Sequence record: DRR378314_953
Reading direction: 5' to 3' (one strand)
Length of the DNA: 64,000 nucleotides
The notes beneath the pieces are model-generated. The model saw only the letters and a program-made list of their open reading frames with translations. It had not been told where the DNA came from and searched no databases. Positions 31,849 to 42,505 of the stretch are shown piece after piece (positions within the stretch are counted from its first letter, which is position 1; the number at the start of each line of letters is the position of its first letter). Made by a program: the position numbers and the translations under genes.

Positions 31849-33000
31849 TTAGGCGGCCTTTTTGTGTAACAATCTTGTTAATTTAATAGATAAATCCATC
31901 AATATTAGTTTGGAATTACCATTTCTTTCGATGTGATAAATGGCGTCCTCCAATTCCTTCACAATTGGTACAATGTTATTTTCATGTACGAATGGGGCAA
32001 ACTTTTCCAATTGAAATCCCTCTACATGAATCCTCATAAATGCCAATTCACGGGTATTGTAATTGATCAACAGGGCCTGCCTCATTACGGACATGCAATA
32101 ATTCAAAAACTTTTTCTGGGTCTCCCTCCCTGTCTTTGCCACCACTTCGCTCCAAGAAATAAGATCGTGGATCGCTGCCTTGTTGCCCTTGGCCTTAAAG
32201 GCGCTTCTAACCCATTGCACAAACCACTTCTCAAATACCAAGTCCTCGGAATCGTTGTTCATGAAATCGAGGGCCTTATTAAAATTGCCATTGGCTTCAT
32301 GCGATATTCTATGGGCATCCTCCTCGGAAACTCCCCTGTCTATAAGTGCCTGAGAAATGGCTTCTTCCGCCAACCGGGGAAAATGCAATATTTGGCACCT
32401 AGATCGTATCGTCTGGATTATTTGTTCTTCATCTTCAGCAATTAAAATCAATACCGTTTTGTCTGGCGGTTCTTCAATCAATTTCAGAAGTTTGTTGGCG
32501 GTAGAGGTATTCATTTTTTCGGCCATCCAAATAATCAGGGCCTTATATCCGCCTTCGTATGATTTCAAAGAAAGTTTCTTTACCACATCTTGGGCCTCGT
32601 CCACACCAATCTGTCCCTGTTTATTTTCAATCCCTATTAATTTATACCAATCAAAGAGATTTCCATAGGGCTGTTCCTTTATAAATAGGCGCCATTCCTC
32701 CAAATAATGATCACTAACGGCATGGCTTTTTACCTTATCCGAATTGGAAACCGGAAAGGCAAAATGCACATCCGGATGTGCCAAGGAGTTAAATTTGGTA
32801 TTACAGGCGCTGTTGCCGTTATTATTTTCCCCCTCACTGTTGCCGCAAAGCAAGTATTGCACATAACACAAAGCCATTGGCAAGGTGCCACAGCCCTCTG
32901 GGCCAACGAATAATTGGGCGTGGGGTATACGACCTGCATCGGCACTGGATACCAGATGATTCTTTATATGGGAAAGTCCTAAAATATCCTTGAATAGCAT
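31849..33000 (-). CDS. holB: DNA polymerase III delta-prime subunit
   Basis: HAQLFVGPEGCG, HPDVH, ANKLLKLIEEPP, TIRSRCQ. Confidence 0.93.
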   Translation of the reverse strand: MLFKDILGLSHIKNHLVSSADAGRIPHAQLFVGPEGCGTLPMALCYVQYLLCGNSEGENNNGNSACNTKFNSLAHPDVHFAFPVSNSDKVKSHAVSDHYLEEWRLFIKEQPYGNLFDWYKLIGIENKQGQIGVDEAQDVVKKLSLKSYEGGYKALIIWMAEKMNTSTANKLLKLIEEPPDKTVLILIAEDEEQIIQTIRSRCQILHFPRLAEEAISQALIDRGVSEEDAHRISHEANGNFNKALDFMNNDSEDLVFEKWFVQWVRSAFKAKGNKAAIHDLISWSEVVAKTGRETQKKFLNYCMSVMRQALLINYNTRELAFMRIHVEGFQLEKFAPFVHENNIVPIVKELEDAIYHIERNGNSKLILMDLSIKLTRLLHKKAA

Positions 33001-33231
33001 GGCCCAAATATAGCGGTTTTTATCCGAAATTTAGTTGCTACGGGCTCTTTGGAAATTATCGGAATAAACGCCAATGCTTTTCAAAATACCATTACACATT
33101 TTGCCTGACCTGCAACCATTTACATTTCTAAAATCAACATTGGGGCATAAACCATGTAAATAAATGGAATAGTCTCTTTAAACACTACCTATAAATCTTT
33201 ACATTTGTCACTCTCTAAAAATAAGTGGCAA

Positions 33232-34422
33232 ATGAAAACCATCAACGATTTTAATTTTAAAGGTAAAAAAGCATTAATAAGGGTAGATTTTAATGTTCCA
33301 TTGGACGCGGATTTTAATGTAACCGACGATAATAGAATTGAAGCTGCAAAGCCTACTATCATAAAAGTATTGGAAGATGGCGGAAGTGCCGTACTAATGA
33401 GCCATTTAGGAAGGCCCGACGGAAAAGTGAATTCTGATCTGTCCCTAAAACACATCTGTAGCAAGGTATCCGAGGTACTTGGTGTAAAGATAAAATTCTC
33501 AACGGATAGCATCGGTCCAGTAGCAGAAAAGGCTGTGGCCGAATTAAAGAGTGGTGAAGTTCTTTTGTTGGAAAACCTAAGGTTTCATTCAGAAGAGGAA
33601 AAAGGAGACAAAAACTTCGCAGAGCAATTATCCAAACTAGGGGATGTTTATGTAAATGATGCCTTTGGAACTGCACATAGGGCCCATGCCTCCACTACAA
33701 TAGTTGCCCAATTTTTTCCAGAAAAGAAATGTTTTGGGTTCTTGTTGGCCAAAGAAATTGAGGCCATAGAAAAAGTTATGAGAACAGGGGAAAAGCCAGT
33801 GACCGCTATTTTGGGAGGGGCAAAGGTATCTTCAAAAATTACGATCATCGAAAACATTTTGGATAAAGTAGACCATCTTATTATTGGTGGGGGAATGACC
33901 TATACTTTCGTTAAAGCCAAAGGCGGAAAGGTTGGAGATTCTATCTGTGAAGACGATAAAATGGAATTGGCCCTGGAAATTCTTGAGCAGGCCAAGAAAA
34001 AAGGAGTAGAAGTGCATATCCCGGTAGATGTTTTGGCTGCGGACGACTTTAACAACAACGCCAATACCAAGATTGTAAATTCCAACGAGATTCCAGAAGG
34101 TTGGCAAGGTTTGGACGCAGGGCCCAAAACCTTGGAAATATTTAAAGAAGTAATCTTAAAATCGAAAACTATTTTGTGGAATGGTCCTATAGGCGTTTTT
34201 GAAATGGAGAGCTTTGCCAAAGGTACCATTGCCATTGGTAATTATATTGATGAAGCAACAAAAAAAGGTGCCTTTTCTTTAGTGGGTGGCGGAGATTCTG
34301 TTGCCGCAGTCAAGCAATTTGGTTTTGAAAACAAGGTAAGCTATGTTTCTACTGGCGGAGGTGCCATGTTGGAAAGCCTTGAAGGCAAAACCCTTCCCGG
34401 AATAGCAGCAATATTGGCATAA
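33232..34422 (+). CDS. pgk: Phosphoglycerate kinase
   Basis: [42 protein letters not shown] box at 33200-33207. Confidence 0.99.
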   Translation: MKTINDFNFKGKKALIRVDFNVPLDADFNVTDDNRIEAAKPTIIKVLEDGGSAVLMSHLGRPDGKVNSDLSLKHICSKVSEVLGVKIKFSTDSIGPVAEKAVAELKSGEVLLLENLRFHSEEEKGDKNFAEQLSKLGDVYVNDAFGTAHRAHASTTIVAQFFPEKKCFGFLLAKEIEAIEKVMRTGEKPVTAILGGAKVSSKITIIENILDKVDHLIIGGGMTYTFVKAKGGKVGDSICEDDKMELALEILEQAKKKGVEVHIPVDVLAADDFNNNANTKIVNSNEIPEGWQGLDAGPKTLEIFKEVILKSKTILWNGPIGVFEMESFAKGTIAIGNYIDEATKKGAFSLVGGGDSVAAVKQFGFENKVSYVSTGGGAMLESLEGKTLPGIAAILA

Positions 34423-34536
34423 ATACCACGTTATTTAATATGGGTTATCTGTTTTTTATCTGCTTTTAAAAATTAAATTTTAAAGTTTAGAAAAAAATCA
34501 CGATTTTAGTCTGCCCCGCTTAAAAAAACAAACCTT

Positions 34537-36174
34537 ATGAAAACATCCAGATATATTTTATTGGGAGTCTTGTCTATGGGTTTCTTGGTTACAGGCGTAG
34601 CACAGGAATTTGATTCAATACCTACTGCAAAAAAGGGCCTAAACGCTCCAAAGTTACAAGAAATTTCAGTGGACACTACTGCAATGGATATGGAAGGTGT
34701 TGAGCAGATGGAAACAATGGAGGCCCAGGATGATATTCAGGACAATCCGTTGCTTTTGGTGAAAGGGCAAAAAAAGTACGATTTAAAGGACCGTCCGGAA
34801 ACTGCCAAGTTCGATAGCCTATGGATGAAAGAGTTGTACGATAGTTCCTCCTTATTCGATTCCATTTATCAGGACATTACTTCCTTGGAAATAGATTCCG
34901 TATATCATTTCAATGTAGATACGGATACCTTAAAGGCCAGACTGAAGCTCCTAAATCAAAAAACCCCCTTTAACATCGTTTACAATCCGTCTTTGGAAAA
35001 CGTCATACGATACTTTCTTACCCGCAAAAGGGATATGATGAGCAGGATGTTGACTATAAGCCAGTTTTATTTCCCCTTGTTCGAACAGGAATTGGACAAT
35101 CAAAATGTACCCTTGGAGCTTAAATATTTGGCCATTGTTGAGTCGGCACTTAATCCGAGGGCCCGCTCAAGGGTAGGTGCCACTGGATTATGGCAATTTA
35201 TGTACGGTACCGGAAAAATGTACGATTTGGATGTAAGTAGTTATGTGGATGAACGCAGCGATCCCATTAATTCTACCAAAGCGGCAAGTTTGTACCTTAA
35301 AAAGCTACACGATATTTTTAATGATTGGGATTTGGCCCTTGCGGCCTATAATTCAGGGCCTGGTAACGTAAACAAGGCTATAAGAAGATCTGGTGGCTAC
35401 AAAAATTACTGGAACATTAGAAGAAACCTTCCCCGGGAAACTGCCGGATATGTACCTGCATTTTTGGCTACCATGTATATTTTTGAATATGCGGAAGAAC
35501 ACGGTTTTACAAGACAGGTCACGGATAGACCTTATTTTGAGACAGATACCGTACATGTGAAAAGCACTATTACCTTTAATCAAATCTCGGAATTGGTAGA
35601 TGTTAGCGAAGAAGAATTGATGTTTTTGAATCCGGCCTACAAATTAAAGGTAATACCTTATGTCAAGGACAAAAATTACGCTCTGCGACTTCCAGTGGAT
35701 GCATTGGGAAAATTTGTCGCCAATGAGGAGGCAATCTACGCCCATGTGCAGAATCAACTAAAATCCAAAGAAGAGCCCTTACCACAAATAGTGCAATCCA
35801 AAGATCAAATTACGTACAAGGTTCGCAGTGGCGATTTCTTGGGAAAGATTGCAGAAAGGTACGGAGTGGGTGTTAGCCAAATTAAAAATTGGAACGGTCT
35901 ACGAAGCAATAACCTTAGAATAGGACAAAGATTGACTATTTATCCAAGAAAAATTCCCTCATCAATAAGCTCGACAAATGCCAGCAAAAGCTCAACAAAT
36001 TCAGTGGCTGCGGCGGGTGCCAAGGTCCATACGGTTAAAAGTGGGGACTCACTTTGGACCATTTCAAAAAAATATCCTGGAATTAGTATAGATAATTTAC
36101 GAAAATGGAACGGTATTAGTGGTAATGACATAAAACCGGGCACAAAATTAAAATTGTGCGATTGTTCTTCGTAA
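34537..36174 (+). CDS. mltD: Lytic murein transglycosylase with two LysM domains
   Basis: SLT motifs AIVES, GLWQF, AAYNSG, ETAGYV; two C-terminal LysM repeats. Confidence 0.9.
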   Translation: MKTSRYILLGVLSMGFLVTGVAQEFDSIPTAKKGLNAPKLQEISVDTTAMDMEGVEQMETMEAQDDIQDNPLLLVKGQKKYDLKDRPETAKFDSLWMKELYDSSSLFDSIYQDITSLEIDSVYHFNVDTDTLKARLKLLNQKTPFNIVYNPSLENVIRYFLTRKRDMMSRMLTISQFYFPLFEQELDNQNVPLELKYLAIVESALNPRARSRVGATGLWQFMYGTGKMYDLDVSSYVDERSDPINSTKAASLYLKKLHDIFNDWDLALAAYNSGPGNVNKAIRRSGGYKNYWNIRRNLPRETAGYVPAFLATMYIFEYAEEHGFTRQVTDRPYFETDTVHVKSTITFNQISELVDVSEEELMFLNPAYKLKVIPYVKDKNYALRLPVDALGKFVANEEAIYAHVQNQLKSKEEPLPQIVQSKDQITYKVRSGDFLGKIAERYGVGVSQIKNWNGLRSNNLRIGQRLTIYPRKIPSSISSTNASKSSTNSVAAAGAKVHTVKSGDSLWTISKKYPGISIDNLRKWNGISGNDIKPGTKLKLCDCSS

Positions 36175-36186
36175 ATAAATAACTAT

Positions 36187-37179
36187 ATGAAAAAAATTGG
36201 CGCAGTAGTATTATTACTTTCTTTGATTATCGTCTCTTGTGAAGAAAAAGAGAAAAAGAAATATCTGCCAGAATCCATAGGTGCCATAAATTCCTTGGCG
36301 GTTGTAATGGACAATGAGTTGTGGGAAGGAAAAGTTGGGGATCGGGTAAGACAGCATTTTGCAGCACCAGTTCTTGGCCTTTCTTGGGAGGAACCCCTCT
36401 TCACCATTAATCAAATGCCCCCAAAAGTCTTCTCTGGCACTATTATACAAACCCGTTCGGTACTTTTTATTGCCCAGGATACATTGAGCCTTGCCCACAT
36501 TAAAACCGATACCTATGCCACTCCCCAAAAAGTAGGAGTCATCAAGGGAAGGACGGATGAAGAAATTATTTCAAATTTGGATTCCAAAGCGGATGAGATT
36601 ATCAAAGAATTTAAGGAGGTCGAAATCCAAGAGTCCCAAAAGCGCTTCTTAAAATCACTTAGCAAGGAAACGGTATTAAACGACAAATTGGGTATAACCC
36701 TGTCCCTACCCTCCATTTATAAACTAGGCAAGCAGGAAAACAATTTTATATGGATCGACAGACAGATCCAAAAAGGGAGTATGAATATTATAGCATATGA
36801 TATTCCCAACGATTATTTTAAAAACGACTCCACCTTTGTCAAGGATATTGTGGCCATGCGGGATTCTATAGGAAAGCAATATATCCCAGGGCCTGATGTA
36901 CCTGGAAAAATAACCTATATGATGACCGAGAAAGCCTTTGCCCCATATGTTTTTCCAGTGGAAATTGCCAATAGAAAGGCTGCCGAAGTTAGGGGCATAT
37001 GGGAGATAAGTGGATATCCCATGGCCGGACCTTTTCTGACCTACATCATAAACGACGACAAAAACAATAGGAAAGTGGTCATTGAAGGTTTTGTTTTCGC
37101 TCCGGCCACTGAAAAAAGAGACGATATGTTCCAGCTTGAAGCCATTTTAAAAACCGTGAAGTTCACGGATAAAAAATAA
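36187..37179 (+). CDS. DUF4837 family lipoprotein
   Basis: Lipobox IVSC; RGIWE...MAGPF...EGFVFAP..KR. Confidence 0.75.
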   Translation: MKKIGAVVLLLSLIIVSCEEKEKKKYLPESIGAINSLAVVMDNELWEGKVGDRVRQHFAAPVLGLSWEEPLFTINQMPPKVFSGTIIQTRSVLFIAQDTLSLAHIKTDTYATPQKVGVIKGRTDEEIISNLDSKADEIIKEFKEVEIQESQKRFLKSLSKETVLNDKLGITLSLPSIYKLGKQENNFIWIDRQIQKGSMNIIAYDIPNDYFKNDSTFVKDIVAMRDSIGKQYIPGPDVPGKITYMMTEKAFAPYVFPVEIANRKAAEVRGIWEISGYPMAGPFLTYIINDDKNNRKVVIEGFVFAPATEKRDDMFQLEAILKTVKFTDKK

Positions 37180-37208
37180 TTACATCTTCAAAAAATAAAT
37201 ATTCTTTT

Positions 37209-37236
37209 TAGGGCCCTTTTACGGGCCCTATTTTTT
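37209..37236 (+). terminator. Intrinsic terminator after pgk-mltD-DUF4837
   Basis: TAGGGCCC-N6-GGGCCCTA-TTTTTT. Confidence 0.85.
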
Positions 37237-37357
37237 GGGCTTTATCTTGTCTTGAACAATATTACAAACGCCAAAAGAACGCATTAAAACAGCTTAAAAC
37301 CTCCTATCGTAATTCTATCTAAACCCAGTTCACGGATTACGACGAATTGTAGGCAAC

Positions 37358-37382
37358 AAAAAAACGCCCTCACGGGCGTTTT
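37358..37382 (-). terminator. Intrinsic terminator after DUF6747-like gene
   Basis: AAAAAAACGCCC-TCAC-GGGCGTTTT. Confidence 0.85.
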
Positions 37383-37406
37383 CTGGTTTGGTTGGTTAGT
37401 ATGGTT

Positions 37407-37577
37407 TTAATCAAAGGCAAAGCCCGTAGTAATTCTGAATACAAATGCATAGAGTACAATTAAGAAACTAGCAAAGCAAAACCAGCTCATCACTTTAAAA
37501 AAAGATTTAACAAAAGCGTGGCCCAGGTTTCTAAATGCCTCTAAATAAATTTCTCTTACTAATAGAACGTTTTTCAT
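37407..37577 (-). CDS. Small membrane protein (DUF6747-like, 56 aa)
   Basis: MKNVLLVREIYLEAF...LYAFVFRITTGFAFD; has its own terminator. Confidence 0.75.
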   Translation of the reverse strand: MKNVLLVREIYLEAFRNLGHAFVKSFFKVMSWFCFASFLIVLYAFVFRITTGFAFD

Positions 37578-37939
37578 GATATTTGGTTTGGTTATGTGGT
37601 TGGTTATTAGACTTATATAACTCAAAATCTATGGATTAGGTATTTCATCGGACTTTTTTGTTGTAAATAGACCCTTAAGCGTTGTGAAAATGGGTTTGAC
37701 AATTAATTTGAACCAATACTACCAGCCAAGTTTAACCTTATGAATAATGTAATCCAACTAAATACAGTAATAGATTTCTCCAAGTTCAAAAACAGTCTAA
37801 ATATGCAAGGACTTAAAGTATTTATAGGTCCTCTGTCTAACCCAAAAAAATTTACTACATAAAGAACTTGTCCTTAAACTCACCAATTTGAATAGTTTAA
37901 CATTATACTCAACAGTATATTTACTGAATTGATAAGCAC

Positions 37940-37974
37940 AAAAAAACCGCCTTTACTATAAAAGAAAGGCGGTT
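37940..37974 (-). terminator. Intrinsic terminator after OmpA-family gene
   Basis: Minus strand AACCGCCTTT-loop-AAAGGCGGTTTTTTT. Confidence 0.85.
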
Positions 37975-38004
37975 ATAACTCTATTGATCAGGTATGTCTT
38001 AAAA

Positions 38005-40665
38005 TTACATCTTTACTATTACAAACTCGGAACGCCTATTAAGTTCATGTTTCTCCCTGCTACATCGAACCCCATTTCCACATTCATTGATCAAACGCTC
38101 CTCCCCGTAACCAATGGCACTTTCAATGCGGTCTGCGGAGATACCTTTGGAAATAAGATAGGCCCTTGTGGACTTGGCTCTTTTGTCCGATAGGTATTTA
38201 TTATAGACATCAGGCCCTCGGGAATCAGTATGGGATTCTATCTTGATGACCATATCCTTATATTCCGTCATCACCTCAACCAATTTATCAAGTTCCAGCG
38301 ATGCGTCCTTTCTAATGTAGGATTTATCAAAATCAAAGAAAATCATATCGGTCTTAAGCTTTTTGATTCCGTCTTCAATTACTATGAGCTCTTTTAACTT
38401 TTTCATTGTAATATCCACATTTACAACCTCATTTTTCTTGGTTTCGGCCGTAACCACATTTTCAAAGAATTCACTTCTGGTTGTTTTAATCGTGTATTTG
38501 GTATTGGACTCCAAATCTTCAAAGACAAAGGAACCGTCATCTTCAGTAACCATTTCCTTTAATTTAATGTTATTCTCATCCAAAAGGGTAACCAATGCCT
38601 TGGGCATTAAATCGCCAGTAATCAATTCGGTAACAACCCCGGAAATGGCATTCTTTACCACTTCTTCCAGTACCAGTCTTTCAAAGGAATAAATATCATC
38701 GTCCCCCTTGCCACCACGTCTATTAGAGGCAAAATATCCTTTTTGATCCTCTTCATTAACGATATATGAAAAATCATCCTTGTTACTGTTAATGGGCTGA
38801 CCCATGTTAATTACCTCTTTAAAACCTTCCTCATCATAAGCTACCTCGTATACATCCAGTCCTCCAAGTCCAACATGGCCATTGGAGGCGAAGTACAACT
38901 TCTTATCATTTATAAAAGGAAACATTTCCTTTTGCTCCGTATTTATTCCTGGACCTAAATTTTTGGGCTCAGAGTAACTTCCATTATCCAAAACATCTAC
39001 CACAAAAATATCGGTATCCCCTATGGTTCCGGGCATATCCGAGACAAAATACAGTTTTTTCCCATCCGGACTTAACGCTGGATGACCAGTAGAATAATCA
39101 TCGCTGTTAAAGGGCACTTCTTCGGCTTCCATCCATTCCCCATCAACTTTCTTGGAAACATATATTTTCAAATGGTTGACTCCATTTTTATCCCTCTTTA
39201 ATTTTTTACCATAATTATTTCTAGTGAAATACATGGTTGAATTATCGGGAGTAAAGGTCACTGATGCTTCGTGATACTTGGAATTTATTTTTTTTGAAAA
39301 TCTAATCGCTGCTTTTAAATCCTGGGATTCCTTATTTACCTTGGAGACATATAAATCGAGGTAAGGTTGATTGTTCCACTTATACCGTCTGGTATTAAAA
39401 ATAGAAGAGTCTTTGGCGGAAGCAAATACAATTTCGTCATCATTATAGAACATAGGAGAAAACTCTGAATACTTGGTGTTTATGGCCAAGTTTTTAAGTC
39501 CAAATTTAAGTTCCATATTTAGAATTTTGTCCAAGACGGCTTCTTTTTTGCTCGCCTTATAATCCAATTTAGAACCCACATTACCTTGCTCGACCTGCTT
39601 GTCGTAAAGACGCATCATTCTCTTGGATTTGGAATATTTACCGGTACCCTTTAAGGTATGGGCATATTTAAAAATTTGATCTGGAGACACTTCCTCTTCA
39701 TATCTTTCAAATATGATATTGTAATAATAATAGGCCCGCTCCATATTCGTATTGTAATAATGGGAGTCCCCTGCCTTTTGAAGAATTTCCAGGGAATAAT
39801 TGTTGGCGTCTTTATTAAGTGCCTCCTCATATAGTTCGGCAGCTTCTGCATACCACATTTTATCAAAATATTGATCAGCTTTCTGTATAAGCCTTGTAGC
39901 ATTGGGGCTTGTCTTTTCATTAAAATTGGTTCCCCTTACCTTACTCACATCATTTTTATCCTCCTCGATAGGACTCAGCATATCATAGGTAACTTCTTCT
40001 AAGGACAATTCCTCTTTAGTCTCTTCCTTATTGGTCTTCGGCTCTTGTTTCTCATCTTGATCCGGAGCTTTAAGGCCCTTAGGATAATCCTTTACCTCTT
40101 GAGCTGAATTCTTGTCCAATGCTGTGTTGGGTAAAGGTAATTTTGACACAGTGCCATTCCCATTTATCTCTAATTTCTTGGATTTTCCACCATTATCCAC
40201 GTTCATTAACCAAAATGGATCGGTATAAGTACCATCCAACTTGGAATTACAAGCTGATATGGCGCTATCCAATGTATCATATCTGTTTAAATAGACGTAG
40301 TTGAGCCCATTGCTAGGATTACTAATATATCCTGCGGCAAATCCCTTAACCTTTAATTTCTGTGCCAGATTTTGAGCATTACCCAAATCGGAGAATACTC
40401 CAGAAACAATATAAAAGCCTTCATCCGCACCATTTATATTTTTAAACGTCCTGCTTTTTATGTGGTTTGCCGCAGCCTTCTTTCTAAAAATTTCAGGGGT
40501 GACCCTTCCGTTGGAATCTGAGGTTGAATTAGATTGTTGCTTATTGGTGTTTATATCTATTTTCGAGTATTGCGCATGCGAATATGTGGAAACGTTTTTC
40601 CTTATTCCTTGGGCACTGCAAATAAGAGCAAGAAAGAGCAAGCAGGCTGTTAGAAGTTGTTTCAT
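38005..40665 (-). CDS. PorE-like protein: SPOR-like, TPR, PD40 propeller, carboxypeptidase-regulatory-like and OmpA domains
   Basis: FYIVSGVFS (SPOR-like), GHPALSPDGKKLYFVSDMPG (PD40), IFFDFDK..IESHTDSRG..LSDKRA..NRRSEF (OmpA). Confidence 0.88.
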   Translation of the reverse strand: MKQLLTACLLFLALICSAQGIRKNVSTYSHAQYSKIDINTNKQQSNSTSDSNGRVTPEIFRKKAAANHIKSRTFKNINGADEGFYIVSGVFSDLGNAQNLAQKLKVKGFAAGYISNPSNGLNYVYLNRYDTLDSAISACNSKLDGTYTDPFWLMNVDNGGKSKKLEINGNGTVSKLPLPNTALDKNSAQEVKDYPKGLKAPDQDEKQEPKTNKEETKEELSLEEVTYDMLSPIEEDKNDVSKVRGTNFNEKTSPNATRLIQKADQYFDKMWYAEAAELYEEALNKDANNYSLEILQKAGDSHYYNTNMERAYYYYNIIFERYEEEVSPDQIFKYAHTLKGTGKYSKSKRMMRLYDKQVEQGNVGSKLDYKASKKEAVLDKILNMELKFGLKNLAINTKYSEFSPMFYNDDEIVFASAKDSSIFNTRRYKWNNQPYLDLYVSKVNKESQDLKAAIRFSKKINSKYHEASVTFTPDNSTMYFTRNNYGKKLKRDKNGVNHLKIYVSKKVDGEWMEAEEVPFNSDDYSTGHPALSPDGKKLYFVSDMPGTIGDTDIFVVDVLDNGSYSEPKNLGPGINTEQKEMFPFINDKKLYFASNGHVGLGGLDVYEVAYDEEGFKEVINMGQPINSNKDDFSYIVNEEDQKGYFASNRRGGKGDDDIYSFERLVLEEVVKNAISGVVTELITGDLMPKALVTLLDENNIKLKEMVTEDDGSFVFEDLESNTKYTIKTTRSEFFENVVTAETKKNEVVNVDITMKKLKELIVIEDGIKKLKTDMIFFDFDKSYIRKDASLELDKLVEVMTEYKDMVIKIESHTDSRGPDVYNKYLSDKRAKSTRAYLISKGISADRIESAIGYGEERLINECGNGVRCSREKHELNRRSEFVIVKM

Positions 40666-41192
40666 GTTTATTCTATTAAAAATCTTGGGGGTCTAATATT
40701 CTAAAAATATAATGGCATGTGTAAAATTCATAATAACTTCCCTAGCGAATTACAAATACCTTATATTTTATAACCAACGCTAAAACTAGAGCGGTTAGTG
40801 CCGCGAAAAAATTATTTGTTGTGAATCCACTGTTTTCAATGGTGTAATAGCAATTTACAGGGATTTATTAGGCATTTGATAAGCAAAGCCACTACACATA
40901 AGTTGGAATAATTAATTGAAGTAAATTTCAAAATAATTCCATTTCCCTCTATCTTTAAAGCATTTTTGATTAAGAAAAATTTGATAACCCCTTACTACCA
41001 AGATAGCTTGCAAGTACCCCCATAAATTAAAATTCCGATTGGTATTTTGTGAAGAAATGACAAGGAATGAACTTTTCAAGTTAAATTATCAATTTAAAAA
41101 AAAAGACATTTTAAGCCTTAAATTATTCACTAAAAAAGATTTAAGGCAACCATAATCTATAAGGAATTGTCAATTTAGTCATAGGTATAAAC

Positions 41193-41220
41193 AAAAAAAC
41201 ACCTACCAAACGGTAGATGT
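41193..41220 (-). terminator. Probable terminator after tatA
   Basis: Minus strand ACATCTACC-GTTT-GGTAGGTGTTTTTTT. Confidence 0.75.
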
Positions 41221-41245
41221 CCCTTGAAAATATTTAAAATATAAT

Positions 41246-41431
41246 CTATTTTTCCTTTTTCTCCTCTAATTTATCGTCTTCCTTGGAAGCATCTTTAAAT
41301 TCTTTAATGCCGCTTCCCAATCCACGCATTAATTCAGGAATTTTTTTTCCTCCAAATAAAAGTAGGACGATGGCCACAACCAAAGCGATTTGCATTGGCC
41401 CAATGGCTAAGAATGTGTTTAAAGTTATCAT
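41246..41431 (-). CDS. tatA: Twin-arginine translocase TatA
   Basis: [34 protein letters not shown] box at 41453-41460. Confidence 0.95.
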   Translation of the reverse strand: MITLNTFLAIGPMQIALVVAIVLLLFGGKKIPELMRGLGSGIKEFKDASKEDDKLEEKKEK

Positions 41432-41629
41432 GGTATAATAATTTACGAATAACAAAGGTACTAAAAAAGATGTTAGAATGCTGTTAATTTTAACGTCTAT
41501 AATATATTTTAATTATTCTAAATTAGAATATATTTTCCTAATAGATACTTTTGCAGTGAAAACATTGTGGAAAATCAAATTCTGTAATAAAGGAATTAAA
41601 GTTAAATACTAAGCTTATCTTTGTTCATT

Positions 41630-42499
41630 ATGGCCAAAAAGGTAAAGAAAAGAAAGGAAATTAAGCAGAAGCTCTTACATAAGTACCGTCTGGTAATTTT
41701 GAATGAAAGTACCTTTGAAGAAAAAATTTCATTTAAGCTTAGCCGAATGAATGTTTTTGTAACCGGTTCCCTGTTTATTATTGGATTGATAGGATTCACC
41801 ATTTTATTAATAGCATTTACTCCACTGCGGGAATATATTCCAGGCTACTCTTCCACTAAATTAAAACGACAGGCCACAGAACTTACCTATAGAACAGATT
41901 CTTTGGTTGCCACACTAAATTATACCAACAGGTATTTAGAAAACATTAGAAAGGTACTGAGAGGTGATATTGAAAACAATGAAATTAACAGGGACTCCCT
42001 ATTTGATCAATACAAACTGGATCCTTCTACCATAGATTTAACGCCTATTAAGGAAGATTCCTTATTAAGGGCACAGGTAGCTTTAGAGGATAAGTATAAT
42101 TTGTTCGAAAGAAACATTAATAACCCAGGGCAGGTACTTTTTTCTCCCCTTGCTGGAACCATTTCCCAAGAATTTAATGCGGAAAACAAGCATTTTGCCG
42201 TAGATGTGGTTGCTCCCATGGACAGTCCCATAAAGGCAGTAGCCAACGGCACCGTAATTTTTGCCGAATGGACGGCGGAAACCGGTTATGTAATTATATT
42301 GGAGCATATGGACGGACTATTAAGCGTTTACAAGCACAATGGGTCCTTAAACAAAGGGCAGGGCGATGTGGTAAGATCAGGAGAAGTAATCGCCTCAGTA
42401 GGAAATACAGGGGAGTTGACCACAGGACCACATCTTCACTTTGAGCTCTGGAGCAATGGTAGCCCCATAGACCCACTAAATTTTATAGATTTTAAATAA
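41630..42499 (+). CDS. M23 family metallopeptidase
   Basis: HFAVD, YKH, TGPHLHFE; N-terminal TM; TAnnTTTG boxes at 41546 and 41616. Confidence 0.92.
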   Translation: MAKKVKKRKEIKQKLLHKYRLVILNESTFEEKISFKLSRMNVFVTGSLFIIGLIGFTILLIAFTPLREYIPGYSSTKLKRQATELTYRTDSLVATLNYTNRYLENIRKVLRGDIENNEINRDSLFDQYKLDPSTIDLTPIKEDSLLRAQVALEDKYNLFERNINNPGQVLFSPLAGTISQEFNAENKHFAVDVVAPMDSPIKAVANGTVIFAEWTAETGYVIILEHMDGLLSVYKHNGSLNKGQGDVVRSGEVIASVGNTGELTTGPHLHFELWSNGSPIDPLNFIDFK

Positions 42500-42505
42500 A
42501 TTTAA

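Noticed and set aside
40666-41245. Long intergenic region as possible ncRNA or riboswitch
   Set aside because: AT-rich with no recognisable conserved RNA structure beyond the tatA terminator and promoter motifs; an Rfam search would be needed.
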